DNA of 64,000 nucleotides from Bacillota bacterium (GCA_015059485.1 SVAH01000004.1:15822-79821); one strand, 5' to 3'; shown: positions 38,096-48,495, counted from the stretch's first letter. The notes: generated by a model from the sequence alone, not told the origin. Translations and numbers: made by a program.

Positions 38096-39364
38096 CTATT
38101 CTGTAAATACATATGGATCATCTATATTTCCACTGCCAACAACATTTAACGTTCCTTTTAAATTGATTACCGGTCTAATAGATACTGTATTTATTGCTAC
38201 ATTATTTTCTCTCAATTGTGTATCTAAATACCACTCTTTCTTTTCATTTGTTCTATTACTCTCGCCAGCTTTATTCATAAGCCATGTAGTATTAAAACTA
38301 TTATTTAAATAATTTTGTACACGAGTATTATAATTTATACCCGCCATTACCACTTCACCATATGTAAGTAGCCCTATCTTTAATTTATTATCTTGACATT
38401 TTAAGTTTGGTATATATTCTTGATACGTTTTATCTTCTTCACTAGTCTTATAATTTTCTGCAGTTACTATAGTATCTCCATAACAATAGTTTTCGGCTAT
38501 TACCATTGAATCATATGATTTTAAAGTACTTTCATAATAACTATCTAAAGCATTTTTAACATTACTGTTCATATAATCATTAGCATTATCTGATACTTTA
38601 TCTTCATTAAATACGTAAGTTCCTTCTAAACTATTTTCTCTTATTATACGAATACTTCCATCTTCATTAATTCTAACTATTCTATATAATTCTTCATTAA
38701 ACTTTACATAATTATTACTTACAAATCCTTTAAAATAATATATTGGATTTCCACTATTAGTTTCAGTTGTTTTAAAAAGACCATCATTTACATCTTCAGA
38801 TGCCAAATTATTATTAGCAAGTAAGTAGTTAGTAGCAGTTTTAATATCAGAATTTATTGTTAATGAATTTATTTCTAATCGTGCACTAAATTTTTTATCT
38901 GCATAATTTTCTATAGGTTGTCCATTTTTATTTATTAATTTCATTTTTAAATTATATTGTTTTTTTTCAGCACCTTTAAGTGCTATATTTAGTTTTATAT
39001 ATCCATCATCTGATGTTTTAGGAGCAATTGTCTGACTTACCACTAATTTTTCTCCTTCATACAATGAATATACAAGTTCATTTGTAAAATCATTTGTTAT
39101 ATCACTTAATAATATATTAAAATTTGAGTCTTGATCTGATAGATTCTCTATTACAAATCTTTTTTCTATTTCATTATCATATTCTAAATTATTTAAACTT
39201 ATATTTTTATCATCAACATTCAAATTAATTACATCACTTAAAATTACAGTTTTGGTGTCACTAACATACTTAATATTGGCTAAATAGCTAGAATAGTCAA
39301 TACCTACTACTAAAAGTAAAAATATAAAAATTGCATCTACTGTCAAGAATACTTTTTTTAGCAC
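38096..39364 (-). CDS. Secreted protein with TasA/camelysin-like N-terminal domain and C-terminal DUF1566/FGE-like lectin-fold domain
   Basis: 422 aa. Apparent GTG start at 39364. The N-terminus ...LLVVGIDYSSYLAN... followed by FVIENLSDQDSNFNILLSDITNDFTNELVYSLYEGEK is homologous to the N-terminal domains of the 17779-19557 and 54905-62260 proteins. The C-terminus ...WYLDTQLRENNVAINTVSIRPVINL resembles the DUF1566 ending vRpV. Confidence 0.55.
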   Translation of the reverse strand: MLKKVFLTVDAIFIFLLLVVGIDYSSYLANIKYVSDTKTVILSDVINLNVDDKNISLNNLEYDNEIEKRFVIENLSDQDSNFNILLSDITNDFTNELVYSLYEGEKLVVSQTIAPKTSDDGYIKLNIALKGAEKKQYNLKMKLINKNGQPIENYADKKFSARLEINSLTINSDIKTATNYLLANNNLASEDVNDGLFKTTETNSGNPIYYFKGFVSNNYVKFNEELYRIVRINEDGSIRIIRENSLEGTYVFNEDKVSDNANDYMNSNVKNALDSYYESTLKSYDSMVIAENYCYGDTIVTAENYKTSEEDKTYQEYIPNLKCQDNKLKIGLLTYGEVVMAGINYNTRVQNYLNNSFNTTWLMNKAGESNRTNEKKEWYLDTQLRENNVAINTVSIRPVINLKGTLNVVGSGNIDDPYVFTE

Positions 39365-39457
39365 GTTATCACATCCTCTACTCTATATCTATTATAGAAT
39401 AATAAGATGCTATTTGACAAGAAAAAAAGTTAACTTTTGTTAACTTTTTTCATTTAC

Positions 39458-40144
39458 TTAACACTCACTTTCTTCATTACAAGAAGAATCTGAGATTTTA
39501 AGGAGTATATTAGTGTAAATATCAAACAATTCTTCTTTTTCTTCTTTAGTAAGTTCAACATTAATTTTATCATCTGTCATATTACTTTCTAGTGTTCCTA
39601 AATGATAATCAACTATTTCTTTGTCTTTAACTACCACTACAGTTGGTGTAAATATCTTTTTCTGTACTGTTCCAACTTTATTACCATTTTCATCTTCTAT
39701 TTCATATTTTTGAAGTAATACATCCAATTTTTCTAATAATTTTTTATATTCTTCAGTTGTATTATCAACTAAATTATAAGTATCAACATAATAAACTTTT
39801 TCGATACCAACTGATTCAACAGCATTCATAAGTGGATTAATTGCATTACGACAAATATTATCTTTTGAATTTCCAAATAATATAACTGAATTTTCTTTAT
39901 CAATGATATCTAATACTTGTTTTATGTCTAATTTTTCCACTTTAACATCTTTAACAACATCTACTGTTACATAAGTATATCCCAAATCATTAACTACTCC
40001 ATTTAAAGATTCATATTCTTCTTTAAATGCATTTATTATTTTATTTGATTTTTTTTCTTTATTAAAAGCTAGAAATCCTATTAATATTGCTACAATTACT
40101 AAAATTCCTACTATTAAAAGTAATACTTTTTGTTTTTTTTCCAT
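39458..40144 (-). CDS. Hypothetical membrane-anchored protein (N-terminal TM; Cys-containing acidic C-terminal tail)
   Basis: 228 aa. MEKKQKVLLLIVGILVIVAILIGFLAF signal-anchor. No family recognised. Confidence 0.5.
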   Translation of the reverse strand: MEKKQKVLLLIVGILVIVAILIGFLAFNKEKKSNKIINAFKEEYESLNGVVNDLGYTYVTVDVVKDVKVEKLDIKQVLDIIDKENSVILFGNSKDNICRNAINPLMNAVESVGIEKVYYVDTYNLVDNTTEEYKKLLEKLDVLLQKYEIEDENGNKVGTVQKKIFTPTVVVVKDKEIVDYHLGTLESNMTDDKINVELTKEEKEELFDIYTNILLKISDSSCNEESEC

Positions 40145-40255
40145 CTTTTACTTCACCTACAAGTTAATTTTAAAGCATTTTTCATACTTTTACAATATTT
40201 TTTTATTTTTTTATTGTCAAAACTAAAATCATCTGCTATAATAACATTGTTATTT

Positions 40256-40332
40256 GGCGAGATAGCTCAGTTGGCTAGAGCGTCTGGTTCATACCCAGAA
40301 AGTCGGGGGTTCGAATCCCTCTCTCGCTACCA
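40256..40332 (+). tRNA. tRNA-Met (CAT), elongator type
   Basis: GGCGAGATAGCTCAGTTGGCTAGAGCGTCTGGTTCATACCCAGAAAGTCGGGGGTTCGAATCCCTCTCTCGCTACCA folds as a cloverleaf. Closely resembles Bacillus elongator tRNA-Met. CCA is encoded. Confidence 0.9.
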
Positions 40333-40344
40333 ATTTGAATTTAG

Positions 40345-40370
40345 AGACTTGTTATAAGTCTTTTTCTTTT
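40345..40370 (+). terminator. Rho-independent terminator after tRNA-Met
   Basis: Stem agactt (40345-40350) pairs with aagtct (40356-40361), followed by ttttctttt. Confidence 0.5.
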
Positions 40371-40387
40371 GTAAAGGAGTAATAATT

Positions 40388-40984
40388 ATGAATAATGAAA
40401 AATCAAAAGTGGTTAATCAAAATGTAACATATAAACTAACGTTAAATAGAAAAAAGTCTTTTGTTGGATGTTTAATAGGATTTGATATTTATATTGATAA
40501 TAAAAAAGTGACTAAAATTAAAAATGGACAAACTGTAGAAATAAGTGTTCCTGCAGGAAATCATTTAATATCTGTTAATAACAAAAATACAGTTAATATA
40601 TTATTTAATGATAATATTACAGCCGATGTCGTTGTATTTGGTTCTAATGATTTTGGAATAACTAATATAAGTGGTCAAAATTCAAACGCAGTTGAAATTA
40701 CATCTAATAATATTCATTTAGATGAAAACAAAAAGAAAACAGATATTTTATTAATCTTTAGTATTATTATGCCCATATTATCAATAGTATTAATATATGA
40801 ATTTAATTTATATATTAAAGCATGGGTATATGGTTTATTTATTGGATACACAATAGTTACTATCGCTGGATTAAAAAATGATAAAAATAGTCTTGAATAT
40901 AAATCACTACTATTAAAAAATATAATTGCTGCTATAATTTATGGAATTTCTGCTATTTTAACTGTTTTTTTATCAGTTATATAA
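40388..40984 (+). CDS. Hypothetical membrane protein (beta-rich N-domain, two C-terminal TM helices)
   Basis: 198 aa. AAAGGAG RBS 7 nt upstream of the ATG. Confidence 0.5.
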   Translation: MNNEKSKVVNQNVTYKLTLNRKKSFVGCLIGFDIYIDNKKVTKIKNGQTVEISVPAGNHLISVNNKNTVNILFNDNITADVVVFGSNDFGITNISGQNSNAVEITSNNIHLDENKKKTDILLIFSIIMPILSIVLIYEFNLYIKAWVYGLFIGYTIVTIAGLKNDKNSLEYKSLLLKNIIAAIIYGISAILTVFLSVI

Positions 40985-41014
40985 TTAAAAATGGATAACT
41001 AATTATCCATTTTT

Positions 41015-41596
41015 TTGTTGTATATAAATAATAATTATGCTAATATATGTGCAATAAAAAGTGGTGATTTTATGGAAGATATTAATATAATTTGTAATGA
41101 TAATAATTCAAGTGAATTTTTAAATTACCAATATTTTTTAAAAGAAGATTTCAAAAAAATTAGAAATATACTTGAAAGTTATAATGAATCTGAAAATAAA
41201 AAATTACTAGTTGCGTATATAAATAATTTAATATCATCTTTAGAAAAATGTATTTTAGTTAATTATAATAATACTTTACAATTTAAATTAACAGATAAAT
41301 ATGCTATATTTTCATACTACGACTATAATGAAAACTTTGAAAGACTATTTAATATCCCTACTGTTGTCATATTAAAAAGAAATATTAAAGAAATATATTT
41401 TATAACTGAACTATATTCTGAAGATTTGAGTTCTATATGCTACTCTTTTATACAATTTAAATTAGATAACAATAATGTTTTATTTAATGAATTTGATTTG
41501 CCTAATTATTCACATGAAATGTTCGATAATGCTTTTAATAATCCTGATGATCATATCTATTTAATTAAATATTTAATGAATAAAAAAAATCGTTAA
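41015..41596 (+). CDS. Hypothetical protein
   Basis: 193-aa ORF. The start may instead be the ATG at 41072 (MEDINII...). Confidence 0.4.
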   Translation: MLYINNNYANICAIKSGDFMEDINIICNDNNSSEFLNYQYFLKEDFKKIRNILESYNESENKKLLVAYINNLISSLEKCILVNYNNTLQFKLTDKYAIFSYYDYNENFERLFNIPTVVILKRNIKEIYFITELYSEDLSSICYSFIQFKLDNNNVLFNEFDLPNYSHEMFDNAFNNPDDHIYLIKYLMNKKNR

Positions 41597-41603
41597 AAAC
41601 GAT

Positions 41604-42008
41604 TTATACCCTATCAATATAAGTTATTTTTCTTTCCATAACATCATCTTCAATTGAATCTCTTAAAAGTTTCCTAACTTTTTCACAGTCTTTAATATTT
41701 CGTACATATATTTTTTCACCAGCTCTATTACTTGAACTTTTACTATCAACCATTACTGATATCGTCCCAATTCCTAATAATCTTTGATATAAAGTAACTG
41801 TATAATCTGGATCTTTTAATAAATAAAGTTCAATAGTATTTACTTTTTGTCTAAAAAAGCCTGTTTTAATTATCAATTCATCTTTTGTTATTTGATAATA
41901 AGTAAAGTTTAAATGTAGTATTGATAAAAATCTTTGCCATAGTCCTTGAGGTTGTCCTTCCCATTTTATTTCAAACTCTACATTATCTATATTATTTTTA
42001 CTTGCCAT
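41604..42008 (-). CDS. Bacterial PH-domain (bPH_2/YdbT-like) protein, soluble
   Basis: 134 aa. The pattern Y.IT.DELIIKTGFF....TIEL......L.Q...G.GTI resembles bPH_2. Confidence 0.35.
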   Translation of the reverse strand: MASKNNIDNVEFEIKWEGQPQGLWQRFLSILHLNFTYYQITKDELIIKTGFFRQKVNTIELYLLKDPDYTVTLYQRLLGIGTISVMVDSKSSSNRAGEKIYVRNIKDCEKVRKLLRDSIEDDVMERKITYIDRV

Positions 42009-42174
42009 AATTTTCCTCTTTTCATTAACAAAATATTAACATATTAAAAAACTAGTTTCAATAAATATTTATTTAAGTAAAATATCATTATAAATTAAAT
42101 ATTAAAAAAAAATTAAAAGATTATAGAAAAAATCACTTTTTTTTTGTTACAATAGATATAGAAAGAAGGATAAT

Positions 42175-43080
42175 ATGGAAAAATCTAAAGTATATTATAC
42201 AAAAGAAATAACACCTGAGTCATTAATTAAAATATATGAATGTTTAGGTGTAAATTTGGATGGAAATGTAGGTATTAAAGTATCTACTGGCGAAGCTGGT
42301 TCTAAAGGATATTTAAAAGCTGATTTAATTGGTTCACTTGTTAATAAGTTAAATGGAACTATAATCGAATGTAATACTGCCTATCCTGGCAAACGTAATA
42401 ATGCCTCTGCTCATTTAAAGGTTGCAAAAGAACATGGATTCATGGATATGGGGAAAGGTATTGAAATAATGGATGATTTAGGTGAAATAGAAATACCTAT
42501 TAAAAATGGTAAACATTTAGAATATGATATTATTGGTGCTGGTTTTGATAATTATGATTCAATATTAAATCTTGCTCATGGAAAGGGACACGCTATGGGA
42601 GGATTTGGAGCCAACTTAAAAAATCAATCTATTGGAATTGCTTCACGAAATGGAAAAGCATATATTCACTCTTGTGGTAAAACAAAGTCTCCAAGTAAAT
42701 GTTGGATTACTAAATATGAACAAAAAGATTTTATTGAATCAATGGCTGAAGCTGCTAAAGCAGTATCTGATTATTGCAGAGAAAATAATAAAAAAATAAT
42801 TTATATAACAGTTATGAATGCTCTATCTGTTGATTGTGATTGTGATAAAAATCAAGGTGATCCAGTAATGGGAGATCTTGGTATAATTGGTTCTTTAGAT
42901 CCAGTTGCAAATGATCAGGCATTTATTGATATGATATGGAATTCTAATGACCCTGGTGCAATAAAAATGAAAGAAAGAATTGATAGACAAATTGGTAGAC
43001 ATATTACAGAATATGCTGAAGAATTAGGTTTAGGTTCTACTTCATATGAGCTTATAAATATAGATAAAAAAGACTCTTAG
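42175..43080 (+). CDS. DUF362-like domain protein
   Basis: 301 aa. Motifs HGKGHAMGGFGANLKN and CDCD. Tentative family assignment. Confidence 0.35.
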   Translation: MEKSKVYYTKEITPESLIKIYECLGVNLDGNVGIKVSTGEAGSKGYLKADLIGSLVNKLNGTIIECNTAYPGKRNNASAHLKVAKEHGFMDMGKGIEIMDDLGEIEIPIKNGKHLEYDIIGAGFDNYDSILNLAHGKGHAMGGFGANLKNQSIGIASRNGKAYIHSCGKTKSPSKCWITKYEQKDFIESMAEAAKAVSDYCRENNKKIIYITVMNALSVDCDCDKNQGDPVMGDLGIIGSLDPVANDQAFIDMIWNSNDPGAIKMKERIDRQIGRHITEYAEELGLGSTSYELINIDKKDS

Positions 43081-43877
43081 AGTCTTTTTATTTGATTACC
43101 ACATTTTTTACAAAAGTTATCATCGTTTGATATCGTTGAACCGCAGTTAGTACAATAATTATTATTTGTTTGTACTATACTATTTTGAATATTTAATAAT
43201 TTAATATTATTCTTAGCACATTTATTCACTAATTTAAAACAAATAATAAAAATCACTATTACAAATACTATCCAAATTATAAAGAATAACAAAATTTTAC
43301 TCATTAATAAATAATCGTATATCGCATGAATTAGCGTTGGAACAAACAAGCTTAAAAATAAATATTTTTTGGCTGTTCGATTATCTCCATCACATTTATG
43401 TTGTTTAGACCTGCCAAAAAAATATCCCATAAGTATTGCATCACATGCATGTGAAGGAACAGCAGTAAATGCTCTATATACTCCAGTTTTTGCTCCATAC
43501 ATTAAAACAAAGCAAATATTTTCTAAGCATGCAAAACCTAATGAAGAATAAATTGAATAAACTATTCCATCATACATTTCATCAAATTCATCATTTTTAT
43601 ATGCTATTATTTTTACTATTATCCATTTGAAAAATTCTTCAACTAAAGCAACTGAAATAAATACACAAACAAATAAAAATAACAAATCACTATTATTATC
43701 AATTGGAAATATTTTCTGTAATAATAGTTCAATTATTATGCATGGAACTATTATTATCATTCCAAATATAAATGTTTTTCTTAATAACCTGCTCGGCTCT
43801 TTATTATTATCTTTGTCATAAATGAATTTTAATAAAAATACAACTGGTAAAATAGCCAAGCCAACTAAGTAATTCAT
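43077..43877 (-). CDS. PrsW-family intramembrane protease homolog with C-terminal zinc ribbon
   Basis: 266 aa. Multi-TM. Motifs LVEEFFKW (EExxK), FACLEN (FxxxEN) and HAIYDY (HxxxD). C-terminal CTNCGSTISNDDNFCKKCGNQI. Confidence 0.55.
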   Translation of the reverse strand: MNYLVGLAILPVVFLLKFIYDKDNNKEPSRLLRKTFIFGMIIIVPCIIIELLLQKIFPIDNNSDLLFLFVCVFISVALVEEFFKWIIVKIIAYKNDEFDEMYDGIVYSIYSSLGFACLENICFVLMYGAKTGVYRAFTAVPSHACDAILMGYFFGRSKQHKCDGDNRTAKKYLFLSLFVPTLIHAIYDYLLMSKILLFFIIWIVFVIVIFIICFKLVNKCAKNNIKLLNIQNSIVQTNNNYCTNCGSTISNDDNFCKKCGNQIKRL

Positions 43878-44019
43878 TTAACTCACCTACTACAATAAGT
43901 TTAATAGTAATTTTCTATGTAGTAAAGAATAAAAATAATATATTTACGTTTTATTTACTCCAATATTACTTGTTTTTTTTTATAAATAATATATAATATT
44001 CATAAATTGAGATGATATT

Positions 44020-45078
44020 ATGGAAAAAACAGAATTATTAATAATAAATAGTTTTAATAACTTAGCAAAAAAAGTTGTATCTGAAAAAAATAATGCTGCT
44101 GCACTTGCACATTTTATTGGAATAAATAACATACAAGATTTATGTTTAGAATTACCAATCAGTTTTAAAAAATTAAATATTTCTAAGTTAAATTCTTCTA
44201 CTATTTTAAAACTTAACCAAGAATATAATAAGTTTTTATATAGAAATTATCAAGATTGTAATAATTGTTTTAATTTTACTGCTAATCTTATGAAAAATAT
44301 ATCTGAATATTTACAAAAGTTTGATTATAATGATAACATTGAAAATAAAAGAATAAAACTAGTAGATTTAATAACTATAGCATATGACTTTTTAAAATGG
44401 TATAACAAAGATTATAAAGAAACACTTATAAATTTAAATAACAACGGTAGATTAATTTTTAAAGATTGTAAAAATTCTTTTACTTCAAAACATGGAATAA
44501 CATATTTTTCTTATGAACCAAATGATATATATATAGTAATCAATAATTTAAAAACTCTAATTACATCAAGTTGCATTGCACATGAAATAACCCATGCATA
44601 TTATATAAATTTAGATAATAATTGTTCTTATAAAAAAAGAATTAGAAGAGATTATAACCTTACAGGTGAAATTGCATCTTATACTACTGAATTATTTTTT
44701 ATAGATTATTTATTTGAAAAAAATTTTTCATATGAAGATATTTTTCTTTTAATAAATGATTATGATTATTATTTATTTATGCTAACATCTTGTTGGAAAT
44801 TATTTTTTGAAACTAAACATAAAATGACTAGTATAGATTATAAAAATGAACAAAAAGAATTTGAAGATGATATAAGTGATTTTTTTGGTAAAGCAATGGC
44901 ATACTATTTGCATTCCTTAAACGATAAAGAAAAAGTATTTTATTTACTTGATAGAATTCACATTGAATCAAAAGAAAAAAATTTATTAGAAATATTGAAT
45001 AATAATAATATTGATATTGATTATATAGAAAGCTTTGATTATGCAAAGAAATTAATAAATAAACATTGGAGATGTTAA
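44020..45078 (+). CDS. Hypothetical protein with HExxH zinc-metallopeptidase-like motif (CIAHEITHAYY ... GEIAS)
   Basis: 352 aa. HEITH with a Glu about 24 residues downstream, a gluzincin-like arrangement. No confident family. Confidence 0.35.
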   Translation: MEKTELLIINSFNNLAKKVVSEKNNAAALAHFIGINNIQDLCLELPISFKKLNISKLNSSTILKLNQEYNKFLYRNYQDCNNCFNFTANLMKNISEYLQKFDYNDNIENKRIKLVDLITIAYDFLKWYNKDYKETLINLNNNGRLIFKDCKNSFTSKHGITYFSYEPNDIYIVINNLKTLITSSCIAHEITHAYYINLDNNCSYKKRIRRDYNLTGEIASYTTELFFIDYLFEKNFSYEDIFLLINDYDYYLFMLTSCWKLFFETKHKMTSIDYKNEQKEFEDDISDFFGKAMAYYLHSLNDKEKVFYLLDRIHIESKEKNLLEILNNNNIDIDYIESFDYAKKLINKHWRC

Positions 45079-45079
45079 A

Positions 45080-45496
45080 ATGAAACAAAATAAATTTACT
45101 TTTTTTAATATTTTATCTTTTAAATATGAAGGCCTATATGGTGAAGTTTTAAAAATTAATTATAATTCATATAGATATAGAAAATGTTTTATAGTTAATA
45201 ATGCATCATTTTATGATGAAGAAACTCATGCTCCATTAATTTTTTTTCTAGAAACTGGAGATATTATTAAATATGTGGATATATCACCTGGATATGTAAA
45301 TAATACTATTTATGAAAATCAACTGTATTATATATATGAATTCGATAATCCTGATGAAGTGTTAACAAAATATGATCCTACAAAAAAAGAATATGATAAA
45401 GCAAATGATATATATGTAAAATTTCTTTTAGAAGAAGAACTTATTAAAAATAAAAAATTAGTAAGAATAAAAGGTAATAAACTTTATGAAATATAA
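45080..45496 (+). CDS. Hypothetical protein, translationally coupled to the HExxH protein
   Basis: 138 aa. Start is 1 nt after the upstream stop. Confidence 0.4.
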   Translation: MKQNKFTFFNILSFKYEGLYGEVLKINYNSYRYRKCFIVNNASFYDEETHAPLIFFLETGDIIKYVDISPGYVNNTIYENQLYYIYEFDNPDEVLTKYDPTKKEYDKANDIYVKFLLEEELIKNKKLVRIKGNKLYEI

Positions 45497-45559
45497 AATT
45501 CATTACCTTTTTTATTATCATCTTTTAATGTAACGCTTTTTTCCATAGTTAACCTCTTT

Positions 45560-45925
45560 CTACATTGGACCAAGAACTGGATATATATTTCTTAATATTC
45601 CATAAACTATTAGAATAATAATTAAAAAATACCATACTTTATTATTTATCTTTTTATACATTGATTCTTTATTTTTTATGTCACTATAAATACTTTCTAA
45701 AAATAAGAATACAAAAAATGGAGATAGTATAAATATGAGAATGTTATACCTAAATGCTTTATAAAAATCAAACTTCAATATTGATAAAATCATTCTTGTA
45801 ATTCCACATCCTGGACAATATAGTCCTAATATTTCATGAATTGGACAAGAAAGATACAAGCCTGTTAGTTTTCCAAATATAAAGTATAAAATTGCTAAAA
45901 TTACTAATTTATATTTTTCTTTCAT
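45560..45925 (-). CDS. DUF2752-family membrane protein
   Basis: 121 aa. Signature CPIHEILGLYCPGCGITRM. Confidence 0.6.
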   Translation of the reverse strand: MKEKYKLVILAILYFIFGKLTGLYLSCPIHEILGLYCPGCGITRMILSILKFDFYKAFRYNILIFILSPFFVFLFLESIYSDIKNKESMYKKINNKVWYFLIIILIVYGILRNIYPVLGPM

Positions 45926-45945
45926 ATATATAATAAAAGAGCTTT

Positions 45946-46329
45946 TTAAGCTCCTATAGTATTATTTGTAGAATTAGTTGTATTTAAATCTGCAATTTTA
46001 TTTAAATCTGACTGAATTAAAGCTTGGCTAACAATTTGAAGACCAACTATTTGTAATATTAAATATACAACTGCATTGTCATTACCTTGCATTCCTCTAC
46101 TTGTTTGAGCAGTTTTCATTAATTCTCCCATTTTATAAGCCCAGTAAAATCCATATATACCACATGTTAATAGTGTATATACAAATGCCAATCCTCCTGA
46201 TGCAATATTATTATCATTAGCCACATTCTTTACATCATCAGTCATTACAACAAACCAATAAATATTATAAATACCACAAGTAACTATTGATAAAATAATT
46301 GAAACTACAATATCTCTTTTTTGTATCAT
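45946..46329 (-). CDS. DUF4234-family membrane protein
   Basis: 127 aa. IVVSIILSIVTCGIYNIYWF is the GIY..YW signature. Confidence 0.55.
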   Translation of the reverse strand: MIQKRDIVVSIILSIVTCGIYNIYWFVVMTDDVKNVANDNNIASGGLAFVYTLLTCGIYGFYWAYKMGELMKTAQTSRGMQGNDNAVVYLILQIVGLQIVSQALIQSDLNKIADLNTTNSTNNTIGA

Positions 46330-46440
46330 CTTACTTCACTCCTTTAGTTAATTATAAAAAATTTTTTTAAGTATTTCTACATTTTTTTATACTCTTTACG
46401 TTTTATTTACTTTTAAAAGGATGTTTTATTTTTTCTTTAA

Positions 46441-46655
46441 TTGCTGCATGGATTATATAAATAGCTTTTTCATAAATATCAATAGCTTCATTTTCACAAA
46501 TATTTAATCTTTCTATTAAATTATTTATAATTTTTTTCTTTACTCTTTTTGCTTAAGAAAAAATTTTCTTCTAGTGTATTATTAATAATTATTGCTTTAT
46601 TTTCTTCACATTTTAATTCATTTTGTAATTCTTCTATAAATTCTTTTTTATTCAT
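46441..46655 (-). pseudogene. Small ORF downstream of the XRE regulator that appears interrupted at an A7 homopolymer (possible frameshift or sequencing slip); HAAS/DUF1700-like N-terminus MNKKEFIEELQNEL
   Basis: The ATG at 46653-46655 overlaps the TAA of the upstream gene (ATGAATAA). The frame stops at 46521 after ...KSKEKNYK. Removing one A from the gaaaaaaat run near 46531-46539 extends it to ...EKIINNLIERLNICENEAIDIYEKAIYIIHAAIKEKIKHPFKSK, ending near 46441. Confidence 0.25.
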
Positions 46656-47568
46656 TTTCATCACCATACATTTTTCCTTTTGAATCAAGTTGAATCTCAT
46701 GACCATATTCAAAAATATATGACATACTAAATAAGAATAAAATTTCTATTAAATCAAACACTTTTATTCCTAGATCAAAATCTTGATTTATTAAAAAATC
46801 TGATGAAGAGCCACCAATTCCTGAAAAAATTATACTTGCTATCATAAGATATGCCATCTTTTTAATATATGAAACATTTTCTAAAGTAAATGGCGTATCC
46901 CCATTATAAATATTATCAAATAGTTTTTCTAAGTATTTTAAAATCACTATAATAATAATTAAATAAGCTATAAGTAGTAATAAAATTAATTCTAATCCTA
47001 TTATTACCACTATTTTAGAATGGTTATCAAATACTTGTTTTATCATCCAAAAAGTATTTTTATCACTTTCTTTAGCAATTTCACCATTTATTGTCACTTC
47101 AAACTCATTATTTTTTTCATAAAACTTAATTGTATCATTAGATATTTGCTTTAATTCAATTCCTTCATTTGTGACATTAATCTTATTTAAAAAAATTGGT
47201 GCAATTATCATTGATAGAAATATAGTTACTACTCCTATTATGGTAAATATTCTACCTACTTTTGCAATTATTTTAATTGCTTTACTTAACACTTTCATTT
47301 TCTTTTGCTTTTCATCCTTAAATTTGACTACACTCATTTTAACATCTTCATCTAATGAATCTATATCAATAATACAATCATTAATTAAATCATTAATATT
47401 ACAGTGAAAAATTTTACATAATTCTAAAATGTTATTCATTTCAGGATATGCATCTCCTGTTTCCCATTTTGATACACTTTGTCTTGAAACACCAACTCTT
47501 GCTGCTAATTCTTCCTGCGATATTTTTTTTGATTTTCTTAAATGTCTTAAATTATCTCCAAACTTCAT
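46648..47568 (-). CDS. XRE-family HTH regulator fused to a multi-TM C-terminal domain
   Basis: Likely start is the ATG at 47568 (MKFGDNLRHLRKSKKISQEELAARVGVSRQSVSKWETG), with AAGGAG 9 nt upstream. The C-terminal half has about 4 TM helices. Confidence 0.6.
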   Translation of the reverse strand: MKFGDNLRHLRKSKKISQEELAARVGVSRQSVSKWETGDAYPEMNNILELCKIFHCNINDLINDCIIDIDSLDEDVKMSVVKFKDEKQKKMKVLSKAIKIIAKVGRIFTIIGVVTIFLSMIIAPIFLNKINVTNEGIELKQISNDTIKFYEKNNEFEVTINGEIAKESDKNTFWMIKQVFDNHSKIVVIIGLELILLLLIAYLIIIIVILKYLEKLFDNIYNGDTPFTLENVSYIKKMAYLMIASIIFSGIGGSSSDFLINQDFDLGIKVFDLIEILFLFSMSYIFEYGHEIQLDSKGKMYGDENE

Positions 47569-47668
47569 TAGACATTTCTCCTTTCTATGAGCCAAATTAT
47601 ATTATGAGTATATATTTAGTTCTAGCAACTTTCAGTTGCATTTTTCATTTGCAACTAATAGTTTACAT

Positions 47669-48220
47669 TTATTTAATTAATATATAAGAAATTCTATCTA
47701 ACATATAGATTATTATTAGAATATAAGAAATTACATATAATTTATTTTTAGAATATTTTTCATATATTTTGAAAATAAATGGAATTATTATATATATTAA
47801 TAATAAGCTTGATATTGCAAAAAATAAAACTGATCTCAAACATACAAATCCATCTATATTAAAATAGTTTAAAATTTCTGTATTATAATTCCATAATCTC
47901 AAATTAAAGATTTTTAATATTATATAACCAGAAAAATATTCAAATATTCCAGTAAGTAAAAAGTTTATTAGAAATACTATCATTGGATTATTCTTATAAC
48001 GATATGTAAATAATGTTATTAATAAACCACCATATACATAAATAGGTATTATTGGTCCAAATGTTGCCCCCCTTTTAACAAAATAGCCTAAATCAAATCT
48101 GTAAAATATTTCTTCATATATAAATCCAAATACTCCACTTATTATCATAATATAAATTAATATACTAATAACATCTCTATTATCTAAATTTTCATCATTA
48201 AAAATATTTAACTTTCTCAT
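47669..48220 (-). CDS. Hypothetical polytopic membrane protein
   Basis: 183 aa with 5-6 hydrophobic helices. Confidence 0.45.
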   Translation of the reverse strand: MRKLNIFNDENLDNRDVISILIYIMIISGVFGFIYEEIFYRFDLGYFVKRGATFGPIIPIYVYGGLLITLFTYRYKNNPMIVFLINFLLTGIFEYFSGYIILKIFNLRLWNYNTEILNYFNIDGFVCLRSVLFFAISSLLLIYIIIPFIFKIYEKYSKNKLYVISYILIIIYMLDRISYILIK

Positions 48221-48333
48221 ATTTACTTCCTCTTATTTTATTAATTATAACACAATTAAAAAGCTTTTTTTAAGAAAAAACTTGCTTTTTGCAACATATT
48301 ATTATATAATCTAAATGCGTTTAGCAAAAAAAT

Positions 48334-48410
48334 GCGCCCATAGCGCAATTGGATAGAGCGTTAGACTACGGATCTAAAGGTTGGGGGTTCGACTCCCTCT
48401 GGGCGTACCA
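48334..48410 (+). tRNA. tRNA-Arg (ACG)
   Basis: GCGCCCATAGCGCAATTGGATAGAGCGTTAGACTACGGATCTAAAGGTTGGGGGTTCGACTCCCTCTGGGCGTACCA. Anticodon loop CTACGGA. Resembles Bacillus tRNA-Arg(ACG). Confidence 0.9.
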
Positions 48411-48495
48411 TTTTATTAAGTTTGTAAAAAAAAATATGCCAAGTGCACTTTTTTGTAACAAATTTAAAATTTTGTGATATAATATATCATGTAAC

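Noticed and set aside
40130-40357. 75-aa + strand ORF
   Set aside because: Overlaps tRNA-Met (40256-40332) entirely, so it is spurious.
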